DNA of 63,564 nt, counting the filler. It is 7 parts of 7 records of this genome, joined end to end, with 100 filler letters (N's around TTAATTAATTAA, not from the genome) between each part and the next. Parts side by side here need not be neighbours in the genome. Positions count along the whole stretch, not along the records: positions 41,137 to 52,661 come from SRR7504441_393; positions 52,762 to 63,564 come from SRR7504441_396; 5 more parts are not named here. The stretch is one strand, 5' to 3'. The translations under genes were made by a program, and so were the position numbers. Below the pieces are notes generated by a model. It searched no databases and was not told the origin of the DNA. It worked only from the letters and a program-made list of their open reading frames with translations. Each line of letters begins with the position of its first letter. The first letter of the stretch is position 1. This document shows, piece after piece, positions 46,514 through 59,228 of the stretch.

Positions 46514-49500
46514 ATGGCGGCGAGGCCAGTGTTTTGGGTGGCACTCGTCGGCGGCCTGGCGGCCTGGGTGGCCGGGACCGACGAGAGCTCGCCGGTGCTA
46601 CTGATGCCCAGGCTGCCCGGGCCGGACCTCCCTGCCTCGGGGCTCGGCGACCCGGCCCCTGTCGCGCCGGACAACCACGACCAGTGCCGATCGTTGCTCT
46701 CGCTCTGGCGGGCGAGCCACCCGGACTTCCGGCAGTACCAGCACGCCAAGGCCGCGCTCGAGAAGACCAGTCAGCTCGTGAGCGGCTCGCCGGACCCGGC
46801 CAAGGGGTTCGGCCGGCTGGAAGTCCTCTATCGGGGGGTTCGTGGGGTGGCCGCCCGGTGGAAGGACTCGCCGGCGGGCCAAGTGTACGCCAAGGCGTCC
46901 GACGAGTGCGATGACGGCGGCGAGGTGCGCTTCGACGTGTTCAAGCCCCCGGCGCGCGACCAGGTCGCCGTGCAGGCCGCGGCCAAGAGGGCCAAGTGCG
47001 ACGGTATGGCCTCCGACCTCCGAGCCAAACTGGACCGGGTTCTGGTGCTGGTGCGCGAGGGGGTCCGGCAAGCCCAGGACGACCGCAAGGCGGCCTCCGA
47101 CGCGCTCACTGGGCTTCGGGCCGAGTGGCGGGCCACGAGGACCTCGCTGCTCCGATCGCGCTCCATCGACAGGCTCGAGCGGAAGGTGGGCAAGCTCAGG
47201 CGGCAAGCCGACGAGCTGGAGGCCGACGGGGACGGGAAGAGTCGGCAGCTGGCCGGGTTCGTCCGGGAGGAGCTCGAGTGGCGCCAGAGGGAGGTGGATG
47301 AGAACAAACTCGAGCTGGCCAGCCTGCGCCAAGTAGAACAGGCGAGCCAGCGCAGGAGGGAGCTTGCCGAGACCGACGTGGATCGACGGGCAGCGCTCAA
47401 CACGAGCGTGCTGACGGCGACGCGCCAGGCGGCCGGCAAGTTGCGGGTGCTCGAGCGGATGGCGGCGAACAAGGGCGGAATGAACCAGATGGAGCGGGCG
47501 CAAGCTGCCGAGCTGTTGGAACAAGTCCAGGCCACCCGACTGGAGACCTGGCGCAGCTTCAAGACGCGCGAGGCCAAGCGGCTCCGGGTGGACGCGCAAG
47601 CGAGGATTGGTGAGCTGGAGAGGAACGCAGAGGACACGGCAACCCTGGCTGCGCGCCGATCGGCTGCGGCAGAGGTCCTCGAGGGCTCCCAACAGGCGCT
47701 CCGAGCGCAGCTGAGCACGCTGGTGGCGGGGACCGAGCGGCAGGCGGTGGCGGCCCGTCTGGCTAAGCTGAGCACGCGGGTGAGTCGCTGGGCCGGGGCT
47801 GGCGGCTGAGTCAGGCGGCAGGTACTGCACGCTCATCGTGCGACAAAGCAAGCACTCGGCTGGCAGCTTCAGATGCAGCAGCAGCTGCAGCAGGCTAGGG
47901 AACAACTGGCCGAGCACACCGAGGAGAAGCTGGATTCGGCTGCCAGGCTGCCCGCAGTGCTGTCTGGACTCGAATCACTGGAGTCCGACCTGAAGCAAAA
48001 CGTCAGCCGTTACGGCGTGCTCGACAGCCAAAGGGCGCTCGAGGCGCTCGACCAAAGCAAGAAGCGGTTGAAGCGGCAGATGCGGCAGCGGGCCAGCATC
48101 GATCTCAGCCAACAGGTCTCGGAGGCTGTCGACGGTGTGCGGGAGCAGGCCCCTGAGCTGGCCGAGCTTGTGGCCGGACTAGAGGCCAAGTTGGGCCGGT
48201 TCGTGTGCGGCGAGCCCACCTACAACGAGTTGCTTGAGTCTGTGGCTGACGCTGGCCAGAGGATTGAGCCGCTGCTCGCCAACTTGCACTCAGCGCTGCT
48301 CACAAGAGAGACAAGCGCCCTCACAGCCGCCCGTGCCACCATCGCAGCCCAACGTCAGCGAGCCGCTGCCCGGACCAAAGCGACCGAGAGCGCCCGGGAG
48401 CAGCACAGGCTGGAGGCGGCGTACAGCAGCAGCACAGGCCAGGCCAGAGCAAGGAAGATCCGACGGCTCAACTTGGCCCGGAGGAGCGCTGTGAGTGCAA
48501 AGCTAGAGCTGGGCAGGGCGGAGGCCGCAGTGGTGGCCACTGAGGCGGCCGAGCACAGCGGGGCGCTCTGGCGGCAAGTCCGGAGTAAGTGCCAGATCCC
48601 GGAACACCTGGGTGCGTGGAATGCTTGCTGCAGCAGCATGGCAGACGTGTGGCAGTGGCGGCTCCCAGGGTTTAGCGCAGTGGCGAACGCCGAGGCGCTG
48701 GTCAATGCGGCGCAAGGCGAGGCGGATCAGGAGGCCACTGAGGTGCTTACCCAGCGGCTGGACAAGATACGTGCGGGCTGGGAGGCCTCGGGCGCAGGCA
48801 ATGCACTCGCACAGGTCACGGCAGAGTGCACCCGCCCGCGGCAGGAAGAGCACGAAGCCCACCAGAACGCCAAACGGCGAGTGGCCGATGCCAAGCTGCA
48901 GCTTAGAGACGCCAAGGCAGCAGAAGAGGCAGCGCAGCAAGACTATGACGCTGCGTTGAAAGCTCTGAGTGCTGATCGTCAGTCGCTGAGAGATGTGGAG
49001 GCGGAGACTGGAGTGCTCTTCGCGACGGAATCGCCTACCCAAGCTCCGACTAGCTCTGCTAACGCTTCACTGGGCAACCAGACCACTGCTTCTGCTGATG
49101 TCAACACAACAAGCGCTACAGTTATTGACGCCACTCTAGGAGAAACGGAGAGGCAACGCCCAGCGGTAGTGATACAGTGGGGGCACATGGTGCAAGCTGC
49201 CAAGCAGCGAGCAAAGGCGGCCCACGGGGCTCTTGACACAGCCCAGTACAAGCGGCGAGTGGCTCAAGAGGAGACTTTGACGGCCATGTCATTTCTCCGC
49301 GCGGCCCGCAAAGCTACAGAGTGGCTCAAACATGCAGACAACGCCAAGTTCGCCCTGGAGCAGGTCAAGGGAACCACGTTGGACCCACGAAAGAGGACAT
49401 TGATTGGAGAGCAGTTGGAGGAACTCAAGGAGCAACAGTTTGTGGTGGAGGAATCTCGGACCAATGCAGACCTGGGGCACACTGGCTCGAGCAACGGCTT

Positions 49501-52465
49501 GTCCCGGAGTGGGCTGATCAGCCACTACGTTGCCGAGTTCCAGGCAGAGCAGACTGCCACACACATCCGCAATATGATCAATGATCTGACTGAAGCAAAG
49601 GCCAAGGCGGATACAGCCTTCCCAATGGACAGCGATCAGGTCGACAACATGCTGCAGCAGCTGCGGCTGGACCTCCAAAGCGTGCAAGAGAACAAGTTTG
49701 AGACACAAGCGGTCCTTGGCGAAAAGGTAAGAGCAGCCAAAGAGAGCGGAATGGCAAGTATGTCCAACAAGCAATTGCTGCTGACTACTCAGAAGCTTTT
49801 GGAGCAGCGGGCTAAGGCGATGCGGGACCTGATCAAGGGCACGAGCAACGCGACCAATGCAACCGGGCTCACACTGACTGCACGCATGCCTTGGCTTGAC
49901 GACAGTACAGCAAGCGTAGAAGAACGAGCTCGCGCGACTGAACGGCTTGCCAAGATCGACGATGAGCTGTTCCGAATTGCGAATCTGCAACGCACGCTCG
50001 CTCCAGCCGCAACCAAGATCATGGAAACACGGCAAGCCCTCTTTGAGCGACTTGATCAGCCAGCCACGAACACCATAAATGGTGCTACCAACAACACTGC
50101 AAACGATACAGCAGGTGTTCTTTCGACAGGTTCCAACCTTGGCGAGGCAATCGGTGCTAAGCAAGCTGGTCCACTCCATCGCCAAGTGAGCAATGCAGCA
50201 TCCATGGCCACCGCAGTGCTCAGCAGGCTGCAGCAAGAACTGCCACGGCTACAGAAGGCATTTGATAATGCCAAGACACACTTCCAGAAGAATCGTGCGG
50301 GGAAAGACCTGCAGGAGCTCAGAACTAAGATTCAAGAGATGGAGGCAAAGACTACAGCCATCGAAAGCCACAGGCAAGTGCTCGAAACTGCCGATAAGGA
50401 AGACACTGTAGTGAGAAAAGGGCTTGCCCTTAAAAAGGAGCTGACTCACTTGAAGCAGCAGCTGACAATCAGTGCCATGTTCATGGCTGGTAGGAGCAAG
50501 GCAAGCGACACAGGAACTTTGGGAGTGTTGAACGCCTCCGGTGTTAGCCTCAGGCTGAACTCTTTGGCGCGAGCGCAGGCAAACCAAAGGTCTCGTGATG
50601 CCAAGCTGACAGCAGCAAGGATGAATACACTTCTTGTCGCTGTGCAGCACTCTTTAGCCACAATGCCTCTGATTCCCAAAATGCGAGTGGCTGCACAGGG
50701 CACTCTACGGCGAACCACCGTCAAGTGCAAGGTGCTGCGTGCCAGGATCGCCAAGCTGAAATCACAGAAGCAACCTGAAGCTGGCTCAGCTGTTGCCAAG
50801 GCACTGGAGCAGAAGCTGTCAAGATGGCATCGTCAGCTCGTGAAGCAGGAGGAGCTAAAGCAGGCAGCTAAAGATGCGATTGAGAGCAACGAGCGCGCAC
50901 TGCAGGAGCATGCGCGGGTGCAGCGAGACGACGGGAGCGGCTGTGCCAAGCTGGAGGATGAGGGGTTGCGCAACCAATGCAAGTCACTCCAAAAGCAGGC
51001 AGAGACTCAGTGCCACGCAGTACACCACGACGCATTCAAGGACTGCTGCTCCAGCCTGGTGTTGGGCTGGGAGTGGGGCAGGTCCAAATATCAGGCCTAT
51101 CAGGCTATGATGCTCCAGACGGACCCAGAACCCTACTGGGCCAATCCGCGCTCTGTGGACGAGGACCGGGCCAACGTCATCAGGATGAACAACCAGCGCG
51201 ACCAGGAGAACCGGATCAAACTGCGCTGGCTCAACTCTGAGGAGCGAAAGGTGAGCCAGGCGGCGCTGGCACATTGTGAAACTCGAGCAACGAAGGACAC
51301 CGACAAGCTTGAAGCGCTTGAGAAGGCTGCAGTGGATGTGCACACACTAGCCGATCAGGACGAGCCGCTCTCCGAGCTTGTCGAAAACGCTGTCCCTACG
51401 GGGACAGCCGATGGCTCGGTGAACTTTGCCGCAGAGACTCAGGCCCAACTGCACCAACAGATAGATCAGTCGACAGAGGCACTCGATAGCGAGTTGGACG
51501 AGATCGCCCAGCAGCGCCGCGACAAGCTCGACCAGGAGGCTGCAGATGCCGCGTTTAACGAGACTAAACGGTTGCTTGAGGACGTTAACGAAATGAGCCG
51601 TCAAGGCTTCCCTGAGGAGTTCACCAATCTGGGCGCCAAGGAGATAGCCACGGATGACCCGAAAGAGCTGCTCCGACAGCGCAAGGCGGCATTTATACGA
51701 CAAAAGCGGGCGATGGTACTGGCACGCGAGATGAAACTTGCAAAGCAGAGCGAGGTGGAGACTGACGCGGTATGCGGCTGGTCGAGTCAAATGATTAAGA
51801 TTGGGTGCTCGCAGGTGGCCAAGAAATTGTTCACTATGAAGCAAGAGCCCCCTCCCGAGAAGCCACCACAAGAATCCACTCCGCCCGACTATGTGCCACA
51901 CGAGACCCAGCTGGCCTACCTGGAAGCCAAGCTGCACCGGTCATATGCTGCATTCCTCGAGCAGACGCGCAATGCTGCGCTCCAGCTCGAACGACTGGAC
52001 AAGGTGTGCCCTGGCTTTAGGGCTGCGCTGACCTGTTGCAACCAGGCGGCGAAAAGGCGGGTGGCCAAGATCCAAGGTGTCAGGGCTAAGCTGCAGCGCG
52101 AGTATGGCGTGCTGGAGAGGCTCAGTGAAGCTAGGCTCTCCGCCGTGAAGGTGAAAGCACTCGAGTTGACAGATCCGCTGCTGGCAATGCTGCACCACGT
52201 TGAGCAAGCAGAGGATGAAGCTGAGGCAACTGCCGAATCCCAGACCGAAGCACGGGAAAAGCTGAACACGCGGGTAAAGCGCAGTCAAGAGATGGTCGAA
52301 TTGGCAACTGGTGACCCGCCTGCGTTTGACGAGGCTGCTAAGCAAGCTGCGGTGCGCAACAAGAAACTTGCTGAAGTGATGAACAAGCTGAACCAAGCGG
52401 CCAACGGAGTGGTCACTGCCAACACCAAGGACGCTTTCAAGCGAGCTACTGATAGGATGGGTTGA
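46514..52465 (+). CDS. Very large secreted coiled-coil glycoprotein (about 1970 aa; one intron at 47780-47821)
   Basis: Signal peptide MAARPVFWVALVGGLAAWVAG; a 42-nt GT-AG intron joins two ORFs; heptad-rich sequence with NxS/T clusters. Confidence 0.8.
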
Positions 52466-52661
52466 TCACAACCATGTGATTACAGTAAATAGACTATAAA
52501 AGGATTTTTATACTAACTATGCGAAGTGATGCGTCTGGAATTAATCATCAATACAGTACATATACGGGTAGGGTAGTGTACTAGAATTGCGTTGTTAAAT
52601 TAAGTGGGCTGTGTGCTGTGTGCTGAAGGGTTGGGAGCAGCATCTGGATGATGACCATCCT

Positions 52662-52761
52662 NNNNNNNNNNNNNNNNNNNNNNNNNNNNNNNNNNNNNNN
52701 NNNNNTTAATTAATTAANNNNNNNNNNNNNNNNNNNNNNNNNNNNNNNNNNNNNNNNNNNN
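52662..52761. other. Artificial assembly spacer
   Basis: N44-TTAATTAATTAA-N44. Confidence 0.98.
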
Positions 52762-52945
52762 AAAAATATTACTTTTACGATATTTGGGTGCTAGGCTTAT
52801 GCTCCGACTGCGATTGAGGATTTCATTGAAAATCTACCGAGCAGGTTATGGAGACAAAACAATACTAAGCATACACTCAACTGAAGGTTGAAAGTCTCGA
52901 AACAACGATCATCGTAGATCTCATCTGTCACGGTTCGGTGCGGAG

Positions 52946-53557
52946 CTATTCGAACGACTCCTGCTGCTCTGGGCTGTCCTGGTCCTCGGTCATGTCTTGG
53001 TACAGCTGCTCGTTCATATCGTCAAAGTCCTCTTTCCAGATCTCGTAATCCTCCTGCCCCGGCCCAGCTCAGCCGATCCCCGGGGCAGCCGACCTCATCG
53101 GTCATGCTGTAGCTCGCGTCCTTGTGCACAAAGTTGAAGTCGCTCACCCCGAGCTCCTTGAGCGTCTGCGAGTCCAGCCCCATGACCTACCCCCAGCTCC
53201 GGCCCCCGCCCCCTGCCGCCAGCGCACATGCGGGGTCTGAGGCTGGAAGTCCCTCGCAAAGTAGATGGGCTTGGCCACGTGGTTGTAGCAGAGCTTGCCG
53301 ATCACCGCCCGCAGCTCCGAGACCTGCGCGTCCTCGTCCACCCCGATCACGCACCTCTGGGTCACGACGTTGTTGCTGGGATCGCCCTTGCCGCCCGGTG
53401 AGCCACCGGCGGGCTGGACTGGAACCTGGTTCTCGGTGTACACGGGGTCCTTGCCGTCGATGGTGCGGTCGCCTTGCTCAAAGAACAGCATCAGCTGACG
53501 CGCCTCCACCGCCACCCCACACAGCAGCACCAGCAGCGCTCCCCTTAGTACCGCCAT
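52946..53557 (-). CDS. Small secreted protein with a possible ubiquitin-like fold and acidic tail
   Basis: Signal peptide; IGVDEDAQVSELRAVI..DSQTLKELGV after splicing; acidic C-terminus ending ESFE*. Confidence 0.6.
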
Positions 53558-53668
53558 CGTCCTGACGATGGATGATGACGCTGTCCCAACGACTGAGCGT
53601 GAGGTGCCTGGAGGTGCCTGGATTCATCTTTTGGATGGCGAGAGCTGGGGAGTGACTCTTCTCGGCCG

Positions 53669-55081
53669 ATGACCCCGGCGGTGGGTTGGCCGGGCTGGGC
53701 TGCGGCGATCATGGAGGGGCAGGGCCATCAGGAGATGCTCCAGGCCGAGATGGCCCGCCGGGCCGCCTCCGCAGACCGCGCCCGGCGGCCACCTGTACTG
53801 GATGGATCCCCGGGGAGCCGGGCGGGCACCCCGCCGGGCGGGCGGCCCAGGCAGCGCAGCCCCGGGTCGAGGCGGCCTGCGGTGGCTGGCGCGGGCACGC
53901 CCAAGAGGGACAGGCTGCGGCAGGCCAGGAGGCAGGCCACCGCAGCCAGCCAGCGCCAGGTCGGCAGCAGGCCGGCCGGCGCCGAGCCGCAGCGCTATCA
54001 GCACAGGGTGGCCGAAATCAGCCAGGCGCTGCATGATGAACTCTCCTCGCTGCTCGCCAGCCCGGTGCCCTCGCCGCTGGCCGTGAGCGGCACGGTGGCG
54101 AGCAACAGTACCGAGCCGGCGCTGACTGTTGCGGACCTCGGGGCTGAGCCTGGAGAGAAAGAGACCAGTGGCCCACGGATAGCTGGGTCAGCGCCACCGT
54201 CGGTTGGCTGGGCGGGGAGTCCTGCGGAGGCCGGGGGCACTGCAGAAGTTGGGCTAAACCCATCAACACAGTCGAGTGCACTGTCTGAGGAGATTGATGG
54301 GTTGTTGGCTCGAACACAGGGGAAACTCTCTATGATACAAGCGCAAATAGAGATGAGTGCACTGGCAAGCGATATTGTAAGCGAGCAGGCTGACATGCTC
54401 GCATCTGATGCTGCACAAGCGGTCGACCCACAAGAAGCGCAGCAGAAAAGGCAGCTCGCCGAGGCCGCACTGGCTTTCAAGCAGCAGCTCGAATCGGGTG
54501 GAGTGCAAATCGCGGGTGATTTACTGCGGCAGCTAATGGAGGGTGATTGTGCACTTGCTTGGAACATGTTGCAGAGCCTTCGTGCTGATGCAGACCAGAC
54601 CATAAGCGGAGGAGAGGCTGAGAGCTCACAACAGCTCATCCAGGTGAATAGGAGCATCCAGCCTATGGCACATCTCAGGTCGGAGGACTTAGCCTCATTG
54701 TTCTGGAACGAGTCGGCTCTTCGGTGGGCGCTATTCCAGCTAAACGCGCACCTGGAAGCCAGAAGGGGACGCGCAGCCACGGATGAAGACATTAGTAGAG
54801 CAAAGATGTTGGCAAAGCGTGCTGCCATTAGTAAGGGGGGTGCAAGGACTTTGAAAGTCGTTCCAGACGAGGAGCGCGGGGGAAGGGGGGTAGCACATGA
54901 TCAAGCTGGAGTGCAAGCTGTGGCGCATTCTCCCACTCATGTGCATGCTAAAGAGCCAGGAGAGGCAGCCAGGCAAAATGCAGCTGAGACGAGCACTACA
55001 AAAGTGCGACAAGTGGAGCTCGCGCTTCCTTCAAGCGAAGCGTGCGCGAGCGGCTTCAGAGTTATTTACATTAGTAATTAA
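53669..55081 (+). CDS. Hypothetical protein (ends approximate)
   Basis: 470-aa ORF with host-like GC gradient and coiled-coil segments. Confidence 0.6.
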   Translation: MTPAVGWPGWAAAIMEGQGHQEMLQAEMARRAASADRARRPPVLDGSPGSRAGTPPGGRPRQRSPGSRRPAVAGAGTPKRDRLRQARRQATAASQRQVGSRPAGAEPQRYQHRVAEISQALHDELSSLLASPVPSPLAVSGTVASNSTEPALTVADLGAEPGEKETSGPRIAGSAPPSVGWAGSPAEAGGTAEVGLNPSTQSSALSEEIDGLLARTQGKLSMIQAQIEMSALASDIVSEQADMLASDAAQAVDPQEAQQKRQLAEAALAFKQQLESGGVQIAGDLLRQLMEGDCALAWNMLQSLRADADQTISGGEAESSQQLIQVNRSIQPMAHLRSEDLASLFWNESALRWALFQLNAHLEARRGRAATDEDISRAKMLAKRAAISKGGARTLKVVPDEERGGRGVAHDQAGVQAVAHSPTHVHAKEPGEAARQNAAETSTTKVRQVELALPSSEACASGFRVIYISN

Positions 55082-55448
55082 TGGGCACTAAATTTTGCAA
55101 CGAGCACGTAACAAGTCGTCACGCGGCCGCAGGCCGCGCCGTCAGGCGTCAGCCCGCGAGCCCGGACTCACGTCCACGGTGACCATGAGGCTCCGTTTTT
55201 GGCCGAGTCGCACCATGTGCTACATGTATGCATATGTGCTACATGTATGCATGTATAGGTCTACACTATGGAGGTTCCACTGATCCGAATGGGCCCGAAA
55301 GGCCAAAAGTCTCCTAGCCGGACCCGATCAGGCATGCCAAGTCGACGTCGCGGCCAAATCTGATCTGCGATCGCCTGAAATTTTCCGGCGGTTGGGCCAA
55401 CGCGTGCAGCTCAGGCACGCCTCGACCTGAGGGCAGGCGGCTCGAGGC

Positions 55449-56261
55449 ATGGACACCACCTGCTCACCGATCGACAAGCCGGTCAACACGTACGGCATCC
55501 TCCTCGGCGCCGTCCTCGCCACCGCGACCTTCCTCCTGCCCTTCCCGCAGGTGGTGAAGCTGCTTAGGCAGAGAAGCAGCGCCGGCCTGTCGCCGTACAC
55601 CATAGCGCTGACGGTGCTCTTCGCGGGTGCGCAGGTCGGTGCAACCGTCGGCCTCAAGTGGCGCCAGCTGCAGGAGTGCGCGCACGGTCCCGCGTGCATC
55701 AAGGACCTTCTCGACCTGCTCCAGCAGCTCGCGTCGTGGGTGACGTGGACCGCGACCGCCCTGATATGCGTGAGCCTGCCGCCGAACAATGCCAAACACC
55801 CGGTCGTTTGCACGGCGCTGAGCTGCGCCTGCACGCTTGCGCTCACCACCGCCATAGCCGTCGTCTCCGACCGGGCTCCTTGCGGCCCGGCGGCGCTAGC
55901 CTTTGCGCAAGCTCTGGGCTGGGTCGCGGCGGCGGCGGCGGTTTGTCAGTTTGGTCCGCAACTCTACGAGACTTGGCGGCACGGGAGCGCGGGCTCACTC
56001 TCCTATGTCACTTACTTGATCCAGGCCGTCGGCAGCGCCGCGGTGGTCGTCAACAATGCGTTCTTCAACCACGACACGTGGCCGGTCTGGCTGCCGCTCT
56101 CGGTGGCGACCGCGATGCAGTCCGGCGTGCTTGTGCTCACAATCTACCTCAAGCGTCACCCGAGGGAGGCACCGCCAAGCGCAATCAATGAGGGGTTGCT
56201 CAAGAGTCCCGTCGCGAGCGCCGGGTCCGACGCCGCTGAGCTCGGAGACGGTCAGGCGTAA
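55449..56261 (+). CDS. PQ-loop repeat membrane transporter, single exon
   Basis: Two PQ motifs (FPQVVKLLRQRSSAGLS; GPQLYETWRHGSAGSLS) and seven hydrophobic segments. Confidence 0.9.
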   Translation: MDTTCSPIDKPVNTYGILLGAVLATATFLLPFPQVVKLLRQRSSAGLSPYTIALTVLFAGAQVGATVGLKWRQLQECAHGPACIKDLLDLLQQLASWVTWTATALICVSLPPNNAKHPVVCTALSCACTLALTTAIAVVSDRAPCGPAALAFAQALGWVAAAAAVCQFGPQLYETWRHGSAGSLSYVTYLIQAVGSAAVVVNNAFFNHDTWPVWLPLSVATAMQSGVLVLTIYLKRHPREAPPSAINEGLLKSPVASAGSDAAELGDGQA

Positions 56262-56462
56262 CGAGCAGGGGTGTAACCTTACACAATCATACAATGTCAT
56301 GTAACCTACACATAACCTTACACAAACGAATCATCTTAATGTCCCGCATCAAATTGCGTGGTTTGTTCATAGATTCATTCCAAAAATTAGCTACCAAGTA
56401 GATTGGATCGATTATTAATTTAATACTTCCATGACATCGCATACATGTGCACAAGGTTCCCG

Positions 56463-59175
56463 CTATAACCAGCTGTTGGCGGTAGTTTCGAGCTCCGAGA
56501 TTGCTTTCTTGAGCTTTTTACATTTACAGTTCTCAAACTTGGTTCCAAGTTCTTGTGACAACATGCTGCATTCCACAGCAAGCTCGCGCAGGGACACATC
56601 ACTGGTAGCCTTTTCGGCAGACTCTAGAAGGGAACTGATCACCTGCACAGCGGCACATGTCAGACTGCAGCAACAGTGACAGCTGAGCACTAGGATTAGA
56701 AGGCACCAGGGCTTCGACAGGGTGCTTCCCGCGATCCAGACAGCCCAACACCTCTGTCAGCACACCAACCAACAGCCTCCCGCTGGCAGCTGACGTCGTT
56801 GCGTCTGGACGGCACGTCTTCTTGCAGAGCTCTGGTTTAGCTTCAGCGTGCTTACCAAGACCCACCACCAGCGATATTACTGTATCTTCGACGACGCTGC
56901 TCTTGGCACACCTCACAGGCTTCTCCTCACTAGAAGATGGCACGCACTCGACTTCAGAGGCGATCTCGTCTTCAGCCTGCCCCCATGCAGCAAGGTGCTG
57001 CTGCCACGCCCTCGGTTGATGTCGTGCATTCGCAACCCCAACCACTGCTGCTTTCTCGACACTCTTCGCACTCGCTGGAGGCCTCTGAGGACTAGCTTTG
57101 GCCACCACGGATGCCGAAACGTCAGGTGAAACAGTCGAGACCGGCTGCTTCTCGACCGATGCAATAGTTGCTCCGACTGCGACTGGAGGATCCTTATCAT
57201 GCACCAGAGCAAACAGCGTTTGCAACTTGTTTGCCTTGGCTTCGGCAGCTGCGAGCTTATCCTGCATGCTCTTCAGGGTCGCATCTGCCTCTTGTTGTGC
57301 CTTGTCCTTCTCGGCTTGAAGAGTTGCCAGCTCTTGCCTTTGAGCTTTCACAGCTGTGAGCCTCTCCTCCAGAGTGCTCGCAGCAGCCTCTGCCTGTTTG
57401 ATGGGACTTCTCAACGCGGCCTTCGCGCTGCCGCTGAGACCAAGGGGTCTGTTAGACTTTTGAGGAGAGGATGCGCCGACTTCCTTCTGCTCGAGCCGAT
57501 TGGCTTGCCTCAGTGGCAAACCGGCCTTGCGCTGCCCTACATGCTGCGCATTCTCTTTGCCGACAAACGAAACTCTCGGCTGTGTTTGCTTAGCCAAGGC
57601 CTCTCGGCTGCGCGACCCCGCTGACGCTTTGCTATTCGCATCGCACGCTTGCAAACTAGCTAACTTGTGTGGCGAGAGCTTAGCTTCGCAGGCGCTGTCG
57701 ACAGCAATCCTCAGAGCTCCGACCATTGGACTGTCGACAGCATGAGCTCCAGAGCCGGACGAGTAGACCGGCGATTTCTGCCTACCTGCAGCTCGGCGCG
57801 CGGGCGTTGGCGGGTTGTGATCTCGCTTGGCCGTGGGCTGAGCGCCTGTCGGGGCATCGTGCTTCCTCCTCGAGCACCTAGGATTCCTCCTGCTGGTCGC
57901 ACGGGCGATGAATTTGCCGCGAGCCTCCTTCTCCTGCTTCATCAGGGCTACCGCACTCTCTGCGGCAGCCAGCCTCTCCAGCGTGCGGCTGCTGTGGCAG
58001 TCGGCACGACTTGCCTCGTCTGAGGAGCCTGCCATACTTCTCTCGAGCGCCATTGCCAGTCTCCACGCTGCAAGCACCCGTCCAGTCTCTACGCTCAGGC
58101 AGCGCGCGGTTGCCATCCGCAGCAGCTTGGCTGCCATCCGTTGGTGCACTTTGCGAGCCGCCTGCCGCGCCCTGCACATCTCATTGTTGAGCTGGGGCAT
58201 GAACGAGGCATCAGCACCGGCCACAAGCCGCTCGAGATCACGCTTGTTGCGCTCTATGCCGTCGAGCTCGAACCGCTCCTGCAGCAGCATCGCCTGGGCC
58301 GCCACCGACACTGCCACGCCCGCAGCTAGCAGCACGCGCGCATCCGCGAGGTTCCTTCTCCAGCCCATTAGACTCGACAGCACCAGCATCCAACCCCTCT
58401 GCTTGATCCAGCAGCTCACAAACCGGAGCCCAGTCACTCGGTGTGCCTCGCTCTCCGCCCTGCAGGCCAGCTCGAGCTCGAGCTCATGCAGCGCGTCCGA
58501 GGCCTCCTGTACCAGTTCCACCGCTGCACTCTCCTTCGCCGGCTCTGCGACACTCGAGGAGACTCGCGCAGGACTGGCTGTCGACAGCGTCCGCGCGTGC
58601 GGCACAGCCTTCTCGTGCGGCTCCTCCGGCTGGCTGCTCGGGCCGATGAAGCTCTTGAACGGGTCGAAGCTCTCCGGCTCTGGGCGGCCGGCTCCGGCAC
58701 CGGCCGTCCCTGCGGCACGCTGCAGCGCGGCCTCGGCGGCCTTCCGCCGGTGCCGCTCCTGCGCGGCCCGCTCACAGGCCTTGGCAGCCTCCTCTGACGC
58801 TCTCTGCACCGCCTGCTCGAGGGCCCGTCTGCCGATCTCCTCCCGAGAGGCCGCCTTCTCGGCCGCCCGGCTGCGGGACGCCTGCTCTGCGGCACGGGCA
58901 TCCTGCTCGGCCACCCAGCGCACCGCCTGCTCGGCCGCCCACCGCGGGTCATCGTAGACCCTGCTGGCCGCCGGCTGGACCGGGCGAGGCGCCGGCTGGA
59001 CCGGGCGTGGCGCCGGCTGCGGGGTGAGCTGGCGGACCCTGGCCTCGAGCCAATCCTCCTCCTCCGCGGGCGGGCGGCTGTACGACAGCCCGGCGGAGCT
59101 GCCCAGCAGCTCGCTGACCCGCCGCTCCAGCCAGACCGCGTCCTCCGGCCCGGAGCAGCCCAGCCCCGTGCTCAT
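56463..59175 (-). CDS. Hypothetical low-complexity/coiled-coil protein (one intron near the 3' end)
   Basis: Long ORF with duplicated WLExRV motif and PAPRPVQ repeats; GT-AG intron leads to the terminal exon ..ANSWL*. Confidence 0.7.
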
Positions 59176-59228
59176 CCCGGCGTGCAAATGTGGTTCAATT
59201 TGTTTTTCTTGAAAATGGTCCAGTGAGG

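Noticed and set aside
46598-47917. Long antisense ORFs (also 57908-58957, 18996-19931, 12935-13906)
   Set aside because: Shadow ORFs expected from high GC3 opposite real genes; no recognisable motifs.
53572-53600. C/D-box snoRNA (atgatga..ctga)
   Set aside because: Boxes are too close together and there is no terminal stem.
55278-55312. Hammerhead-ribozyme-like ctgat..ggcccgaaaggcc
   Set aside because: Lacks the CUGANGA core and the GAAA after stem II; no supporting stems I/III.
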